Positions 19,293-29,726 of a stretch of 64,000 bases of DNA are shown here, piece after piece. Numbering within the stretch: the stretch's first letter is position 1; each line of letters starts with the position of its first letter. The notes beneath the pieces were generated by a model, which was not told the origin of the DNA, did no database searches, and saw only the letters and a list, made by a program, of their open reading frames with translations. The stretch comes from Planctomycetota bacterium (GTDB lineage Bacteria; Planctomycetota; SZUA-567; H5-PLA8). Position numbers and translations under genes: made by a program. The stretch spans positions 1 through 64,000 of the forward strand of contig JBBRPR010000033.1 in assembly GCA_038227875.1 (NCBI GenBank), in the 5' to 3' direction.

Positions 19293-21641
19293 ATGAGCCT
19301 ATTGACGGATGGTTTTCCGCCTCTTTTCGAGGCGCCTGCGCGCAAATCGCTTTCATCGCATGTGGTTTTACTGGCCTGGTTCGGGTTGACGATCCAGGCC
19401 AGTTTGTTTGCTGCTGCTGCGCCCAGCGTATCTGGCACAGCCACGCCCCAGACGACGAACGCTGAAACCGAAGAATCCAACGACGCGCCGGTGATCGAAG
19501 GCGATTCGATCGCGCCGACAACCATTCCTGATGAACTGCCCGTGGGCGCGATGACCGACCATCTCTTCAAACAGATCCAGACGCAAAGCTGCAGCGATTG
19601 CTGGCAGGCCGTCAATCGCCTCGTCCGCCTCGGGCGCACGCACGGCGCGATTGTCACCGATCGTCTGGAGAAGGAACTGCAGTCGGCGGATTTCAAGGTG
19701 CGGCTGGCGTCAGCCCGCGCGCTGTGCCAGCTGAGCATGACCGACCGCGCCGTGGGCGTGCTGACCACGATGGTCGCCAGCGGCGAAACTCCTGAATCCC
19801 GGCGCCTGGCCGCCAACGCGATCGGATTGACCACGACGCTTTATGGAGACACCGCGGCCGGCGAAGCGCTTTCGGCGGCGCTGGCCAACGAGAAGGACGA
19901 CCTGACCCGCATCAGCATCGCCCGCAGCCTCTGGCGCATCGCCGCGCGCGGCGAAGGCAAGGACGCGCTGATGCAGATCCTCAACCAGTCCGCCGACAAG
20001 ACCGCCAAGGACGAAGCGGCGCTGGTGCTGGCCGAAAATGGTTTCATGAAGACGCCCGACGTCCGCCTGCGGCTGCTGAACCTCTACACCGAACCCACGC
20101 CCAACGGCGAACGCGCCTTCAACATCCTGCGCAACGCGGAGGAGAATACTTCCCGCGCCAGCGACGTGAAGACGGCGCAGGGCGAACAGCTGATGCGCGA
20201 ACTGCTTCGCACCATTCGCGCAGCCTACCCCGATGAATCGAAAGTCGACGTCGATCGCCTCTTTGAAGAAGCCGCCAAGGGCATGATCTCGGCGCTCGAT
20301 CCGTTCTCGCAGTACATGGACCGCGAAGAAGTGAAGGCGACGCAGGAGATGCTGCAGCAGGACTACGGCGGCATCGGCGCGTACGTGGTGCTGCGCAATA
20401 GCAACTTCGTGGTAGTGAGCCCCATCTACGGATCGCCCGCCGACAAGGCCGGGCTGCGCGCGCAGGACATCATCCAGGAAGTCGACGGCGTGAAGGCCAA
20501 CGAGCTGATGGACAAGGGCGGCATGAACACCGTGATCGCGCGGCTGAAAGGCCCGCCGGGCACGCCGGTGCGCGTGAAGTACTGGCGCCGCGGTTTCCTC
20601 AAGCCGGTGGAACTGACGATCATCCGCGAGACCATTCGCGTCGACAGCGTCTCCTACGCGATGCTCCCCGGGCAGATCGGTTACATCAAGCTCACGCGCT
20701 TTGGCGAACACAGCGCCGACGAAATTCAGGCCGCGCTGGACAAGCTCTTCAAGGAAGATCACGCGCGCGGATTGGTCTTCGACCTGCGCGACAATCCGGG
20801 TGGCCTGCTGCGCGCCGGCGTGGATATCGCCGACAAATTCCTCGCCGGCGACAAGCTGATTGTGTACTCGGAAGGCAACAAGGAATTCGCGCCGCGCAAG
20901 CCGTACATGTCGACGGGCGGACACGACGACGAATCGTACCCGATGGTGGTGCTGGTCGGCGGCGGTTCGGCCTCGGCCAGCGAGATCGTCGCCGGCGCGA
21001 TGCAGGATCACAAACGCGCGCAGCTGGTGGGCGAACGGACGTTCGGCAAGGGTTCCGTGCAGCAGATTATGCCCGTGAAGGCCACCGACCGTCAGACGCA
21101 GCTGCGCCTGACGATTGCCAAGTACTACCTGCCCTCCGGCCGCTGCATCCACGAAAAGGGCATCGATCCGGACATCGAAGTCAAGACGCCGGAGCTGTCC
21201 AGCTGGGCGATCGAGAACATCCTCGAGCTGCGCAAGCAGAATGTCTTCGACGATTACATCCGCAATGGCTGGGACGCGCACAAGGACGAGTTCAACAAAC
21301 TGGCGCTCAACGACGAGAAAAATCCGGCGCTCTGGCCGGGCTTCGATGACCTTTACGCCGGCTTGAAGACGAAGCTGGAGCCCGCCGACATCCGCAACGA
21401 GCTGCGCATGGCCGCCCGCCGCCGCGTGCAGGACGAACAGAAACACGAGATCGTCACCGATCTGGAAGAAGACGACGTGCTGCAGCGCGGCACGCTGGAG
21501 ATCGTCAAGCAGCTCAAGCTCGACCCCGCGCAGATCGCCGACTACAAAAACCTGCCGGAGAAATTCAAAGACACCAAGAAGAAGGACGAGGCCGGCGCGC
21601 AGGGCGCGATGCTGCCGGACAGCGCGCCGAAGCTGCCGTGA
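19293..21641 (+). CDS. S41 carboxy-terminal processing protease with N-terminal HEAT-like repeats and PDZ domain
   Basis: 'LDPFSQY', 'GGIG' PDZ, 'DLRDNPGG', 'SASASEI' (catalytic Ser), 'TFGKGSVQ' (catalytic Lys). Confidence 0.93.
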   Translation: MSLLTDGFPPLFEAPARKSLSSHVVLLAWFGLTIQASLFAAAAPSVSGTATPQTTNAETEESNDAPVIEGDSIAPTTIPDELPVGAMTDHLFKQIQTQSCSDCWQAVNRLVRLGRTHGAIVTDRLEKELQSADFKVRLASARALCQLSMTDRAVGVLTTMVASGETPESRRLAANAIGLTTTLYGDTAAGEALSAALANEKDDLTRISIARSLWRIAARGEGKDALMQILNQSADKTAKDEAALVLAENGFMKTPDVRLRLLNLYTEPTPNGERAFNILRNAEENTSRASDVKTAQGEQLMRELLRTIRAAYPDESKVDVDRLFEEAAKGMISALDPFSQYMDREEVKATQEMLQQDYGGIGAYVVLRNSNFVVVSPIYGSPADKAGLRAQDIIQEVDGVKANELMDKGGMNTVIARLKGPPGTPVRVKYWRRGFLKPVELTIIRETIRVDSVSYAMLPGQIGYIKLTRFGEHSADEIQAALDKLFKEDHARGLVFDLRDNPGGLLRAGVDIADKFLAGDKLIVYSEGNKEFAPRKPYMSTGGHDDESYPMVVLVGGGSASASEIVAGAMQDHKRAQLVGERTFGKGSVQQIMPVKATDRQTQLRLTIAKYYLPSGRCIHEKGIDPDIEVKTPELSSWAIENILELRKQNVFDDYIRNGWDAHKDEFNKLALNDEKNPALWPGFDDLYAGLKTKLEPADIRNELRMAARRRVQDEQKHEIVTDLEEDDVLQRGTLEIVKQLKLDPAQIADYKNLPEKFKDTKKKDEAGAQGAMLPDSAPKLP

Positions 21642-21728
21642 ACGTCTAACGACGACGGGTCGGAATGTCGAATGTTGAAAAATGCGCCGCATGCAAGGGC
21701 GCTTTTTCCATTGGCGTGACTGAATTAT

Positions 21729-21915
21729 CCGCGAGGGGTGGCCCGGCCCCTCGGGCCGGGTTGCGTTAGCAACAAGAAGCTCTAGGACGGAACCACCCAT
21801 TCGCAATAGACAGCCGACTTCGGATCGCTCGCGGACGATCGTTTCCACTCCTCGAAGTAACCATTGTCTGGAGCTGTTGCGAAGCGACCCGCCCAGTTGG
21901 GACCACCCCTCGCGG
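21729..21915. mobile_element. MITE/REPIN-like element, family A (~190 bp, non-coding)
   Basis: Ends CCGCGAGGGGTGG/CCACCCCTCGCGG are perfect 13-bp inverted repeats extending imperfectly to about 50 bp; related to 32441 and 34127; lies between convergent genes. Confidence 0.7.
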
Positions 21916-21927
21916 GACTAAGGCTAC

Positions 21928-24390
21928 TTACTTGTAGCGGAAGACTTCGCTCTGAATCAGGGCGTTGATCAGCGCGCGGGCACCGTATCCGTCGGCTGCG
22001 GATTTCTTCACGATTTCGTCGACGGCTTTCTCGTCGAGCGGCCCGGCGGGCGTTCCCGTCGCGTAGGTCAGCAGGTGGTGGACAAGGCCGCGCGCCAGCG
22101 GTTCGGGATTGGCGCTGAGCTGCTGGCGTAGTTCGAAGAGATTCGCGAAGGCTTTGCCGTCCGGTGTTTTTCCGCTGCAATCGACGGGCAGGCCGTCCTT
22201 CCACGTCTGCTTTCCAGCGCGCTCGTGCTGAGGCAGTGCCAGGACTTCAGCGTTGGCTTCGCGGTAGAACTTCCGGAAATCGCCGCGCACGTCAAAACTC
22301 TCCAACGCGAATCCAAACGGATCGAAGCGCGCGTGGCAGCTGGTGCATGATCCACCGCTGCTGTGCAACGCGAGTTGCTCGCGCAGCGTCTTTGCGCCGC
22401 GCGTGTCAGGTTCCAGCGGCTTGATGTTCGGCGGTGGCGGCGGGATGTTGTTGCCCAGCAGGCGCTTGGCCACCCAGACGCCGCGCTTGACCGGCGAGGT
22501 GTTTGTGCCGTTGGCGGTCACCTTCATCACGGCCGATTGCGACCAGAGTCCACCGAAGGGCGAGCCGTCGGGCAGCTTCACTTTCTGCAAGGGCTGTCCG
22601 GCCACCTCCGGCAGGCCGTAGTGAACGGAGAGCTCGTGATTGGCCAGCACCCACGGCGATTCGACGACGAACTTCGCGCCCAGGTTTTCGTCCACCATCG
22701 CGCGGAAGTAGGCCTTGGTCTCCAGCACGCTGGAATACTTGAGCAGATCGCCGTAGCCGGGATAGAGATTGCCGTCCGGCGACGTGTCGTTGATCGCGTA
22801 CAGGCCCAGCCACTGGCTGGCAAAGTCGTCGGTGAAGCGCGATGACTTCGGATCCTTCAGCATCCGCTCCGTTTCAGCCTGGAGAACTTTGGGATCCTTA
22901 AGCTTCCCGGCGCGGGCGAGTTCGAACAGTTTTTCGTCGGGCCTGGAATTCCATAGGAAGTAGGACAGCCGCGACGCCAGCGCGAAATCATTGAGCGGAC
23001 CGGGCTGTTCGATGACGCAGAAAAAGTCCGGCGACGTCAGCAGGTCGACGATCATCGCGTTAAAGACCGGACCCAGCGACGTTCCGGCATCGAGCTGGCG
23101 GCCGGCTTCGGTCATGCTCAGATTGACTTCGTCGGGCGTCAGTTCGCGTCGGAAGAGCCGCGGTCCGACGCGCTTCAGCGTCGCCTGCAGGATGCCCAGG
23201 AACGCGGCGCGGTTGGTGGACTTGGAATTCTTAATCTTGATGTTGCCGTACGTCGCGCGGATTTCATCCGAGACAGCCTTGGGAAAATCGGCGGTCAGCC
23301 AGTGATCGGCCAGCAGCGGCTGCTCGGGCTCCACATCTTCCAGCCACTGCACGGCCAGACCCGGCGCGCGGCAGGCGCTGGCCTGATTGTTCTTCGGCAC
23401 CGGCACGCCGAGTCCGAAAGGAATCAGCCGCATGCCCACGCCGGCGTTCAAATACAGTTCCGTCTCCACCACCGCGGCCTTGCCCGGCGGCGCTTCCAGC
23501 ACCCTTACCAGCTCCAGCGATTGCGGATACGCCCACGTATTTCCGGCGTAGATGCCAAACGGAAGCGGCTTGTCCGTCTGGTAGCCGTACACAGAGACGC
23601 GAACTTTGTGGATGCCCGGCACTTTGCTGCCAGGATACTTCACCGGCCCCGACGTGTTGTCCGTGTTGAAGGAGACCATCGTGCCATCGGGCAGTTCGAG
23701 AATGTGTCCCTTGGATTGTTCGCTCGGCCGAGCTTCGGCATGAACGGTCCGGCTTGCTTCGCCTGTCGGCGCTGGCGCGGGCGCACCGGCCGGCGGTGCC
23801 GGCGGCTTGGGTTGCGGTCGCAGCACCCATTTGTTCAGCAGTTCGTCGGCGTTGGTCAGGTAGCCGAGCGAGCCGTCGGCCGAGAGCGGCACGGCGGCGC
23901 TGATCCGGTCGTAGCCTTCCACCCGCATGTCCGTGGGCAGATTGTCGACGTTCGGCCGGAAGCCAAAGAGATCTTCAAACGTGTTGGCGTATTCGTTGCG
24001 GCTCAAGCGCCGCAGCCGTGCGCGGCCTTCCTTCTTATGCTGGTTGTCGGCCATCAGATCGGTGAAGTCGCCGCGAATCCACTGGATGATCGCCTGCCGC
24101 TCGACCGGCGTGGGATGTTTTTCGGCATCTTCCGGCGGCATCGTGCCCGCTTCGAGCTGATCGAGCACCTGGTACCAGAGCGTGCGATCGGCGGTCAGCT
24201 TCTCGAGCGTGCGCGAGCCATCGAGATTGATCTTCGCCTTCTGCTTCGCCGCGCCGTGGCATTCGGTGCAATTGGCCTTGAGCAGCGGCAGCACCTGCGC
24301 TTGGAAGGAGGCGGCTGCGTCCTGCGCTCCACACGACGATCGAAGCGCGAGTGCGCCGCAAATCAGCGCTGCAACGTGAATCAGTTTCAT
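21928..24390 (-). CDS. DUF1592/DUF1588-type (PSD/PSCyt) cytochrome c-containing protein
   Basis: CTECH and CTSCH heme motifs, 'LRRLSRNEY.NT', 'LASRLSYFLWNS.PD', 'TSPVKRGVWV', 'DPFGFALESFD'. Confidence 0.92.
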   Translation of the reverse strand: MKLIHVAALICGALALRSSCGAQDAAASFQAQVLPLLKANCTECHGAAKQKAKINLDGSRTLEKLTADRTLWYQVLDQLEAGTMPPEDAEKHPTPVERQAIIQWIRGDFTDLMADNQHKKEGRARLRRLSRNEYANTFEDLFGFRPNVDNLPTDMRVEGYDRISAAVPLSADGSLGYLTNADELLNKWVLRPQPKPPAPPAGAPAPAPTGEASRTVHAEARPSEQSKGHILELPDGTMVSFNTDNTSGPVKYPGSKVPGIHKVRVSVYGYQTDKPLPFGIYAGNTWAYPQSLELVRVLEAPPGKAAVVETELYLNAGVGMRLIPFGLGVPVPKNNQASACRAPGLAVQWLEDVEPEQPLLADHWLTADFPKAVSDEIRATYGNIKIKNSKSTNRAAFLGILQATLKRVGPRLFRRELTPDEVNLSMTEAGRQLDAGTSLGPVFNAMIVDLLTSPDFFCVIEQPGPLNDFALASRLSYFLWNSRPDEKLFELARAGKLKDPKVLQAETERMLKDPKSSRFTDDFASQWLGLYAINDTSPDGNLYPGYGDLLKYSSVLETKAYFRAMVDENLGAKFVVESPWVLANHELSVHYGLPEVAGQPLQKVKLPDGSPFGGLWSQSAVMKVTANGTNTSPVKRGVWVAKRLLGNNIPPPPPNIKPLEPDTRGAKTLREQLALHSSGGSCTSCHARFDPFGFALESFDVRGDFRKFYREANAEVLALPQHERAGKQTWKDGLPVDCSGKTPDGKAFANLFELRQQLSANPEPLARGLVHHLLTYATGTPAGPLDEKAVDEIVKKSAADGYGARALINALIQSEVFRYK

Positions 24391-24412
24391 AGCAATCCTC
24401 GGCGTGAATTTT

Positions 24413-25684
24413 TTACGCGAGTCCATTGATGGTGCCCGACCCGCTGCCAAACGTGTCGGTCTCGAGGCCAAATTTCTGCAGCATGCTGACATAGAGCTTG
24501 CACAGCGGCGTGTTGTTCTTGGGATCGCCGGCGATGTGCTGGCCGTGCTTGAAACCGCCGCCGGCCAGGAGAATCGGCAGATTACTGGTGCCGTGTCCGC
24601 TGGCGTCGCCGAGATTGCTGCCGATCAGCACCTGCGTCTGATCCAGCAGCGTGGATGCGCCTTCTTTGATCTCGCGAAGCGAAACCAGGAAATCGCGGTA
24701 GGCCGACATCTCCGTGCGTTCGACCAGGCGGAGTTCTTCGATCTTGGCGGGGTTGCGGCCGTGGTGGCTCAAGCCGTGATGGTCCTGCGTCACGCCCGGA
24801 ATCGGTGGCTTCAAATCCATGCCACGGATAAAGAGCGTCGCCACGCGCGTGGAATCGGTCTGGAGCGCCAGCTTGATCAGGTTGAACATCAGCCGCGCGC
24901 GGCCGATGAAGTCGCTCTTGTCGGCGCTGTCCTTGGGCGCCTGCTCGGCGACGACCGGCTTGGGTCGCGTGACCCATTCTTCGTTGGCGTGGAGCTGCTT
25001 TTCCATGTCGCGTACGGCTTCGGTGTAATCGGCCAGTTGCTGCTGATCGTTGCTGCCAAGCTTGTTTTTGAGTGCGGTGAGCCGGTCGCTCATGCGGTCC
25101 ATGATGCTCTGCCCGCGCTTAAGCCGCGCCATTTCGTTGTCGACATCCTTGGCATTTCCGGCCAGAAACATGCGCGCGAAAATATCGGACGGCCGGTTGA
25201 GTCCCTGCACGCCTGCACCGCTGATGGTGTGCGTCAACGGGAAAGCGTCGTCGGTTCCCAGCGAGAGCAACGGAAAGCGCGTCGCGTTGCCCACGTGCTT
25301 TGCGGCGAGGTAGTCCATCGAGACGCTGTTGCGAAAGTTGCTGCCCGTGGGCCGCTTGGCGCTGGTGAGGAAGCATGCTTCCGAGGCATGATCGCCGCCG
25401 ATCTCTGGATGCGAGATGCCGGAGAAAACCGTGAACTGGTCGCGCAGATCGCCGAGGACCTGCAGGTATTCGCTCGCGTCGTAGTCGCGCCCCGCCTTCG
25501 TGGGAAAGAAGGAGGGACCGTAAAGACCGAACGCCGTGCAGACGCAGACCATGCGGCGCGGCGGCGCTTTCTCATCCGCGCGCGCGATGCTTTCAAACCA
25601 CGGCAGCGCAAAAAGCACCGCGCTGGTCTTGATGAAATTCCGCCGCGAGACGGGCCTGATCGTGGGTGTGGTGGGCAAGGTCAT
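24413..25684 (-). CDS. DUF1552 (HXXSHH) protein, Tat-exported
   Basis: Tat motif SRRNFIK, 'HHGLSHH', 'NLPILLAGG', 'PLCKLYVSMLQ'; the usual partner of DUF1592. Confidence 0.92.
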   Translation of the reverse strand: MTLPTTPTIRPVSRRNFIKTSAVLFALPWFESIARADEKAPPRRMVCVCTAFGLYGPSFFPTKAGRDYDASEYLQVLGDLRDQFTVFSGISHPEIGGDHASEACFLTSAKRPTGSNFRNSVSMDYLAAKHVGNATRFPLLSLGTDDAFPLTHTISGAGVQGLNRPSDIFARMFLAGNAKDVDNEMARLKRGQSIMDRMSDRLTALKNKLGSNDQQQLADYTEAVRDMEKQLHANEEWVTRPKPVVAEQAPKDSADKSDFIGRARLMFNLIKLALQTDSTRVATLFIRGMDLKPPIPGVTQDHHGLSHHGRNPAKIEELRLVERTEMSAYRDFLVSLREIKEGASTLLDQTQVLIGSNLGDASGHGTSNLPILLAGGGFKHGQHIAGDPKNNTPLCKLYVSMLQKFGLETDTFGSGSGTINGLA

Positions 25685-25720
25685 GGCGATCTCCTGCACG
25701 ACTGTCAGTCGGGAGACGTG

Positions 25721-26785
25721 CTATTTCGACGCGTGCGCCGCAGCGGCGCAACTGGATTCGCGGATCTTCAAGGTTACCGGCAATTTCTCACCACCCGGCT
25801 TGAGCGGACCGTCGCTTTCGCTGAGCAGCGTGATGGCGCGCGTGCCCAACTCATCGCGGGAGAACGTGATCGTGGTCAGCAGCGGCCGCAGCGCGTACTG
25901 CGTCGAGATGTCGCCGTAACCGGTGACGCTGACGTCTTCGGGTATACGAATGCCGCATTCCTGCAGTTGTCGCATCGCGCCCATTCCGAGCATGTCGTTG
26001 TACGCCACCAGCGCGGTGAACGACGGCGCGCCGGTCTTCTGAAAAGAGGCATCCCGGCTGAGCAGCTGCTTCATCGCCGCGGCGCCAGCGTCCAGGGTCT
26101 GGCTGACCACCGTCGCCTCGATCAGGTTTTCACTGAATGGAATCGAGGCCGCCTTGAGTGCGCTCTTGTACGCGGTCAGGCGCTCATTACCGTTCTTGTC
26201 TTTCGCGTCGTGGCCCACGTAGGCGAAGCGGCGATGCCCCAGATCGACGAGATGTTTCACGGTCAGCGCGATGCCGGCGCGGTCATCGGGACAGATCCAG
26301 CGCGCGCCGGGCGTTTGGCGGCCGAGATTGACCACGGGCAGTTCGAAGGCGTTGAGCATCTTCATCGTTTCCGGCGTCGTGGAGATGCAGGCCACGCCGT
26401 CGACGTACTGACTTTGAATCATGCGCGGCAATTGACCTTTGCGCGTGCGACAGAGCAACACGTCGAGACTGCGGCGGTCGGCTTCGCGTTCGATGCCGTC
26501 GAGGATCTGCGAAAAGTTGGGAATGTCGCGCAGGGGAACTTCGAATTCGGGCGGCAGCAGAATCGCCACGATGCCGGTGCGCACGCGCCGGCCGTAGCGC
26601 TTGGCAATCAGGGCGCGGGCATCGCGATTGGCAAACGCGTCGTACCCGAGCCGTTCGGCGGCGGTGAGGACGCGCTGCCGAGTCTCCGCGGAAACGCCCG
26701 GATGGTTGCTCAACGCAAACCCGACGAGTTGTCGCGAGATGCCCAGTTCAGCGGCGATGGATTTCTGCGTAGCGCCCATTTTCAC
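25721..26785 (-). CDS. LacI-family transcriptional regulator
   Basis: 'TQKSIAAELGISRQLVGFALS..PGVSAETRQRV', 'LGHRRFAYVG', 'IPEDVSVTGYGD'. Confidence 0.93.
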   Translation of the reverse strand: MKMGATQKSIAAELGISRQLVGFALSNHPGVSAETRQRVLTAAERLGYDAFANRDARALIAKRYGRRVRTGIVAILLPPEFEVPLRDIPNFSQILDGIEREADRRSLDVLLCRTRKGQLPRMIQSQYVDGVACISTTPETMKMLNAFELPVVNLGRQTPGARWICPDDRAGIALTVKHLVDLGHRRFAYVGHDAKDKNGNERLTAYKSALKAASIPFSENLIEATVVSQTLDAGAAAMKQLLSRDASFQKTGAPSFTALVAYNDMLGMGAMRQLQECGIRIPEDVSVTGYGDISTQYALRPLLTTITFSRDELGTRAITLLSESDGPLKPGGEKLPVTLKIRESSCAAAAHASK

Positions 26786-26868
26786 TCCGGCTTAGCACGT
26801 GCTAAATACACCGGCCGAGAGAGGAATGGAAGTAAAATATTTGGAAAATCGTGAGCGTCCGTCGCGGC

Positions 26869-28779
26869 CTACTTCTTCTCGTCGCTTTCGTACGTCCGGC
26901 CCTGCGGCGTAATAATGTGGGCTTCGACGATGATCATCAGATTCCGCCGGCGATAGTTCTTGCTCGTGGATTTGAAGAGCGTGCCCAGGTACGGAATCTT
27001 CGAGAGGCCCGGCACCTTGCGGTCGCGGACTTCTTCGAACTTCTGCACCAGCCCGCCGATCACGACGTAGCCGTTGTCTTCGATGGTCACGTCAGTCTCG
27101 CACTTGGTTTTGTCGACGGTGGGCTTGGGGAACGAGAGCACAGGGTTGGTGACCGAATTGTCGAACTTCACGTTCTGAAAATCCTGGACCTGCTGACCTT
27201 GCGAGAGCGAATCGATCAGCGGCGCCAGATGCAGGTTGATGTGCTTGAGATCGCGGCCGATCGACGGCGTGACGGCGAGCTTGAAGCCGACATCCAGCGG
27301 CAGAAAGCGCGGCGTGTAGCCGGTCTGCTGGTTGACCACCGACCCGATTCCCGCGGGGACCGTCTGCGTGATCGGCTCCAGCGTGTCGACGTATTGAAAT
27401 TCCGTCGAGATGTCGATCGTCGATTCCTTGTTGTTGATTGCCAGGATCTGCGGCTGCGAGAGCACCTTGGTCTTGCGGTCGTTCAAGAGCGCCGTGAGCG
27501 TGACCTGGAATTGCGGATCGGTGCGGCGGCCGATGAAGGAGAACGCCGTTCCCGGGCCTAGCGCCCCGGGCAGAAATCCCGGAACGCCTTTCCCCAGGCC
27601 GTTCAGGTTAATCGCCTGAAACGGATTGCGGCCGTTGTCCGTGCGCGTGGCCAGACTGTCGACGTTCAATCCCAGCGCATGCTCGAGTTCATCGGAGACA
27701 TCGAGAAAGCGCGTCTGGATCAGCACCTGGATCGCCGGCTGATCGAAATGATCGAGCACGTCGAGGATATGCTGATGCCCGGTCGGCGTGGTGTAGACGA
27801 TGATCTGATTGGACTGGCGGTCGACCAGGTAGCTGGAGCCCGGCGGAAAAACATCGGCGTCCTGATTGGTCTTGTACCACTCCAGCACCGACTCGAGGTA
27901 ACTGCCCTTGTCGTCACCGTCGGTCTTGGAAGAAGAGCCGCCCGTCGTCGGCGGCTTTGCCGACCCGCCTCCAGCCCGCGACGCCGGGGCGCGGCCGCCG
28001 TTCGACGCGGAACTCCCCGGCTTGCTCGTCGCATCCATGCCGCCGCCGCTCTTCATCGACAGCAGTCCGAACTGCAATGGGTAGATGCGCGAGAACATCA
28101 GCTTCTTCATCGTCGTTTCGTCGGTGGCCGTGATCCAGATGCTGCCTTTCTTCACGGAGTACTGGATGCCGTCGTTGTTGCGGACGATGAAATCGAGCAC
28201 GTCTTCCAGCGGCATTTCGTTGATGTGCAGGGTCAGCTTCTTGTCCCCGAACGCGCCGGGATCGGCAACGATGTTCACGCCCGTGGTGAGAAAGAGGATT
28301 TTGAACACCTCGTCGAGCGTCGCGTTTCTAAAGTCGGCGCTTACCGGTTGCTTTAAAATCACGCCGGCCGACTTGTACTGCTCAATCTCCGCCGCCGCAT
28401 CGCGCCGGGGAAGGTACGGACGCTCGACGGGCGCCAGTTCTCCCGGCGGCGTCGCATCCTTGTCGACGCCGATCAGGGCCTGGGCGTCACGGTCGACGGC
28501 GATGGCATTGGTGGCGCGCGACGCGGCGGCGTTCTTTCGATCGGCGGCGGTGGCGAGAATCCCGGCCGCTTCCGCACAGGTCGGATTCTCTTTCAAAACG
28601 CCCGCACAAATGTCGATGGCGCGCTGGTACTCGCGGGCTTTCAGCGCCGCGCGCGCGTCCTGGATCTCCGCGCGATACGCCGTCGCGCAGTTCGGCAGCG
28701 GAACTTCCTCGGCCGACACGCCGATACTCCATGCCATCGTCGCAGCGATCAGCACCCAACCATTTCGCTTTGTCCGCAT
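26869..28779 (-). CDS. secretin (GspD/PilQ family) with STN-like N-domain
   Basis: 'QVLIQTRFLDV', 'KVLSQPQILAINNKESTI', 'VVIGGL...KVPGLSKIPYLGTLFKS...NLMIIV'. Confidence 0.9.
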   Translation of the reverse strand: MRTKRNGWVLIAATMAWSIGVSAEEVPLPNCATAYRAEIQDARAALKAREYQRAIDICAGVLKENPTCAEAAGILATAADRKNAAASRATNAIAVDRDAQALIGVDKDATPPGELAPVERPYLPRRDAAAEIEQYKSAGVILKQPVSADFRNATLDEVFKILFLTTGVNIVADPGAFGDKKLTLHINEMPLEDVLDFIVRNNDGIQYSVKKGSIWITATDETTMKKLMFSRIYPLQFGLLSMKSGGGMDATSKPGSSASNGGRAPASRAGGGSAKPPTTGGSSSKTDGDDKGSYLESVLEWYKTNQDADVFPPGSSYLVDRQSNQIIVYTTPTGHQHILDVLDHFDQPAIQVLIQTRFLDVSDELEHALGLNVDSLATRTDNGRNPFQAINLNGLGKGVPGFLPGALGPGTAFSFIGRRTDPQFQVTLTALLNDRKTKVLSQPQILAINNKESTIDISTEFQYVDTLEPITQTVPAGIGSVVNQQTGYTPRFLPLDVGFKLAVTPSIGRDLKHINLHLAPLIDSLSQGQQVQDFQNVKFDNSVTNPVLSFPKPTVDKTKCETDVTIEDNGYVVIGGLVQKFEEVRDRKVPGLSKIPYLGTLFKSTSKNYRRRNLMIIVEAHIITPQGRTYESDEKK

Positions 28780-29002
28780 CCGTGTTCGTCCCCGCGTGAT
28801 CGGGTCGCGTGATTGCTTCCCTGTTTTGCGGTTACCACGAAATCGCGAAGTCAGTCACAAATTGACGGATGTGACTTTTCACGGCGTCGCACGGTTTCAA
28901 CGCGCCGTTTGAAAAAAATCCGAGGCTGTGCGATGTCGCTTTTGTAATTTCGAAATTGCGTTGAATAGATTCGCGCTTGGAATCGTCGAAGAAACTATTT
29001 TT

Positions 29003-29482
29003 CTAGCGCTGTTGCTGCGAACGCCCGCTGATGCGGCGGTTGTTCGTCGTCTTGGGCATCGGGATCGTGTTCGGAGGCTCGTCTTGCACCGCCGGCGAAA
29101 TCATCGTGCCGGTCGTGGTGAAGCGCGGGCAGGACGTGACCAATTGAAAGAGCCGTGTGGGGTCGAAGGGCTTGACGATCGAAATACGCACGCCCAATTT
29201 GCGCGCGACGACGGCGGTGTCGGGGCGCGCCGACATGAAGATCATGTCCGGATGCGGTTCCAGCGAACGGGCGTGCGCGATGAAGTCCGTGACTGTCGGC
29301 CCGAACGTGGCGTCGTCGAAGAGCACAATATCCGGAAAGAGTTCCAGCACATCGAACGCGGCATCCGGATCGCCGACCACGTACGCCTGATAACCTTCCG
29401 CGTTGAGCGTGATTTCCAGCAGCGTGCGCGTGCGCTGGTCACTGTCGACGGCGAGGATGGTGCGGCTGTTCGTCTGGCGCAT
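29003..29482 (-). CDS. single-domain response regulator (possibly atypical receiver)
   Basis: 'ILAVDSD', 'PDIVLFD', 'IFMSA', 'IVKPFD'. Confidence 0.8.
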   Translation of the reverse strand: MRQTNSRTILAVDSDQRTRTLLEITLNAEGYQAYVVGDPDAAFDVLELFPDIVLFDDATFGPTVTDFIAHARSLEPHPDMIFMSARPDTAVVARKLGVRISIVKPFDPTRLFQLVTSCPRFTTTGTMISPAVQDEPPNTIPMPKTTNNRRISGRSQQQR

Positions 29483-29670
29483 GGCGACTCTCACCCGAAA
29501 GGGCCGTCGGTCTTTGGCGAACTAGAAACTAGCTGCAAGCTATTGATAAAGTATGAAATAATTATTTTGTTTCAATATGAAAATGCAAGAAGGCGCAATT
29601 GCACACGTGAAGTCGTTAAATGATGGTGTTCCACGTGTAAATAGTTCTGTGTTCTTGCGTCTTAATACAA

Positions 29671-29698
29671 AGCGCCGAGTGGTCTCCCACTCGGCGCT
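29671..29698 (-). terminator. rho-independent terminator
   Basis: 12-bp stem AGCGCCGAGTGG/CCACTCGGCGCT with a TTTGTATT tail on the minus strand, after the Thr-rich gene. Confidence 0.75.
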
Positions 29699-29726
29699 CG
29701 CGATCCTTCGCTTTGTTTTCTACTGT

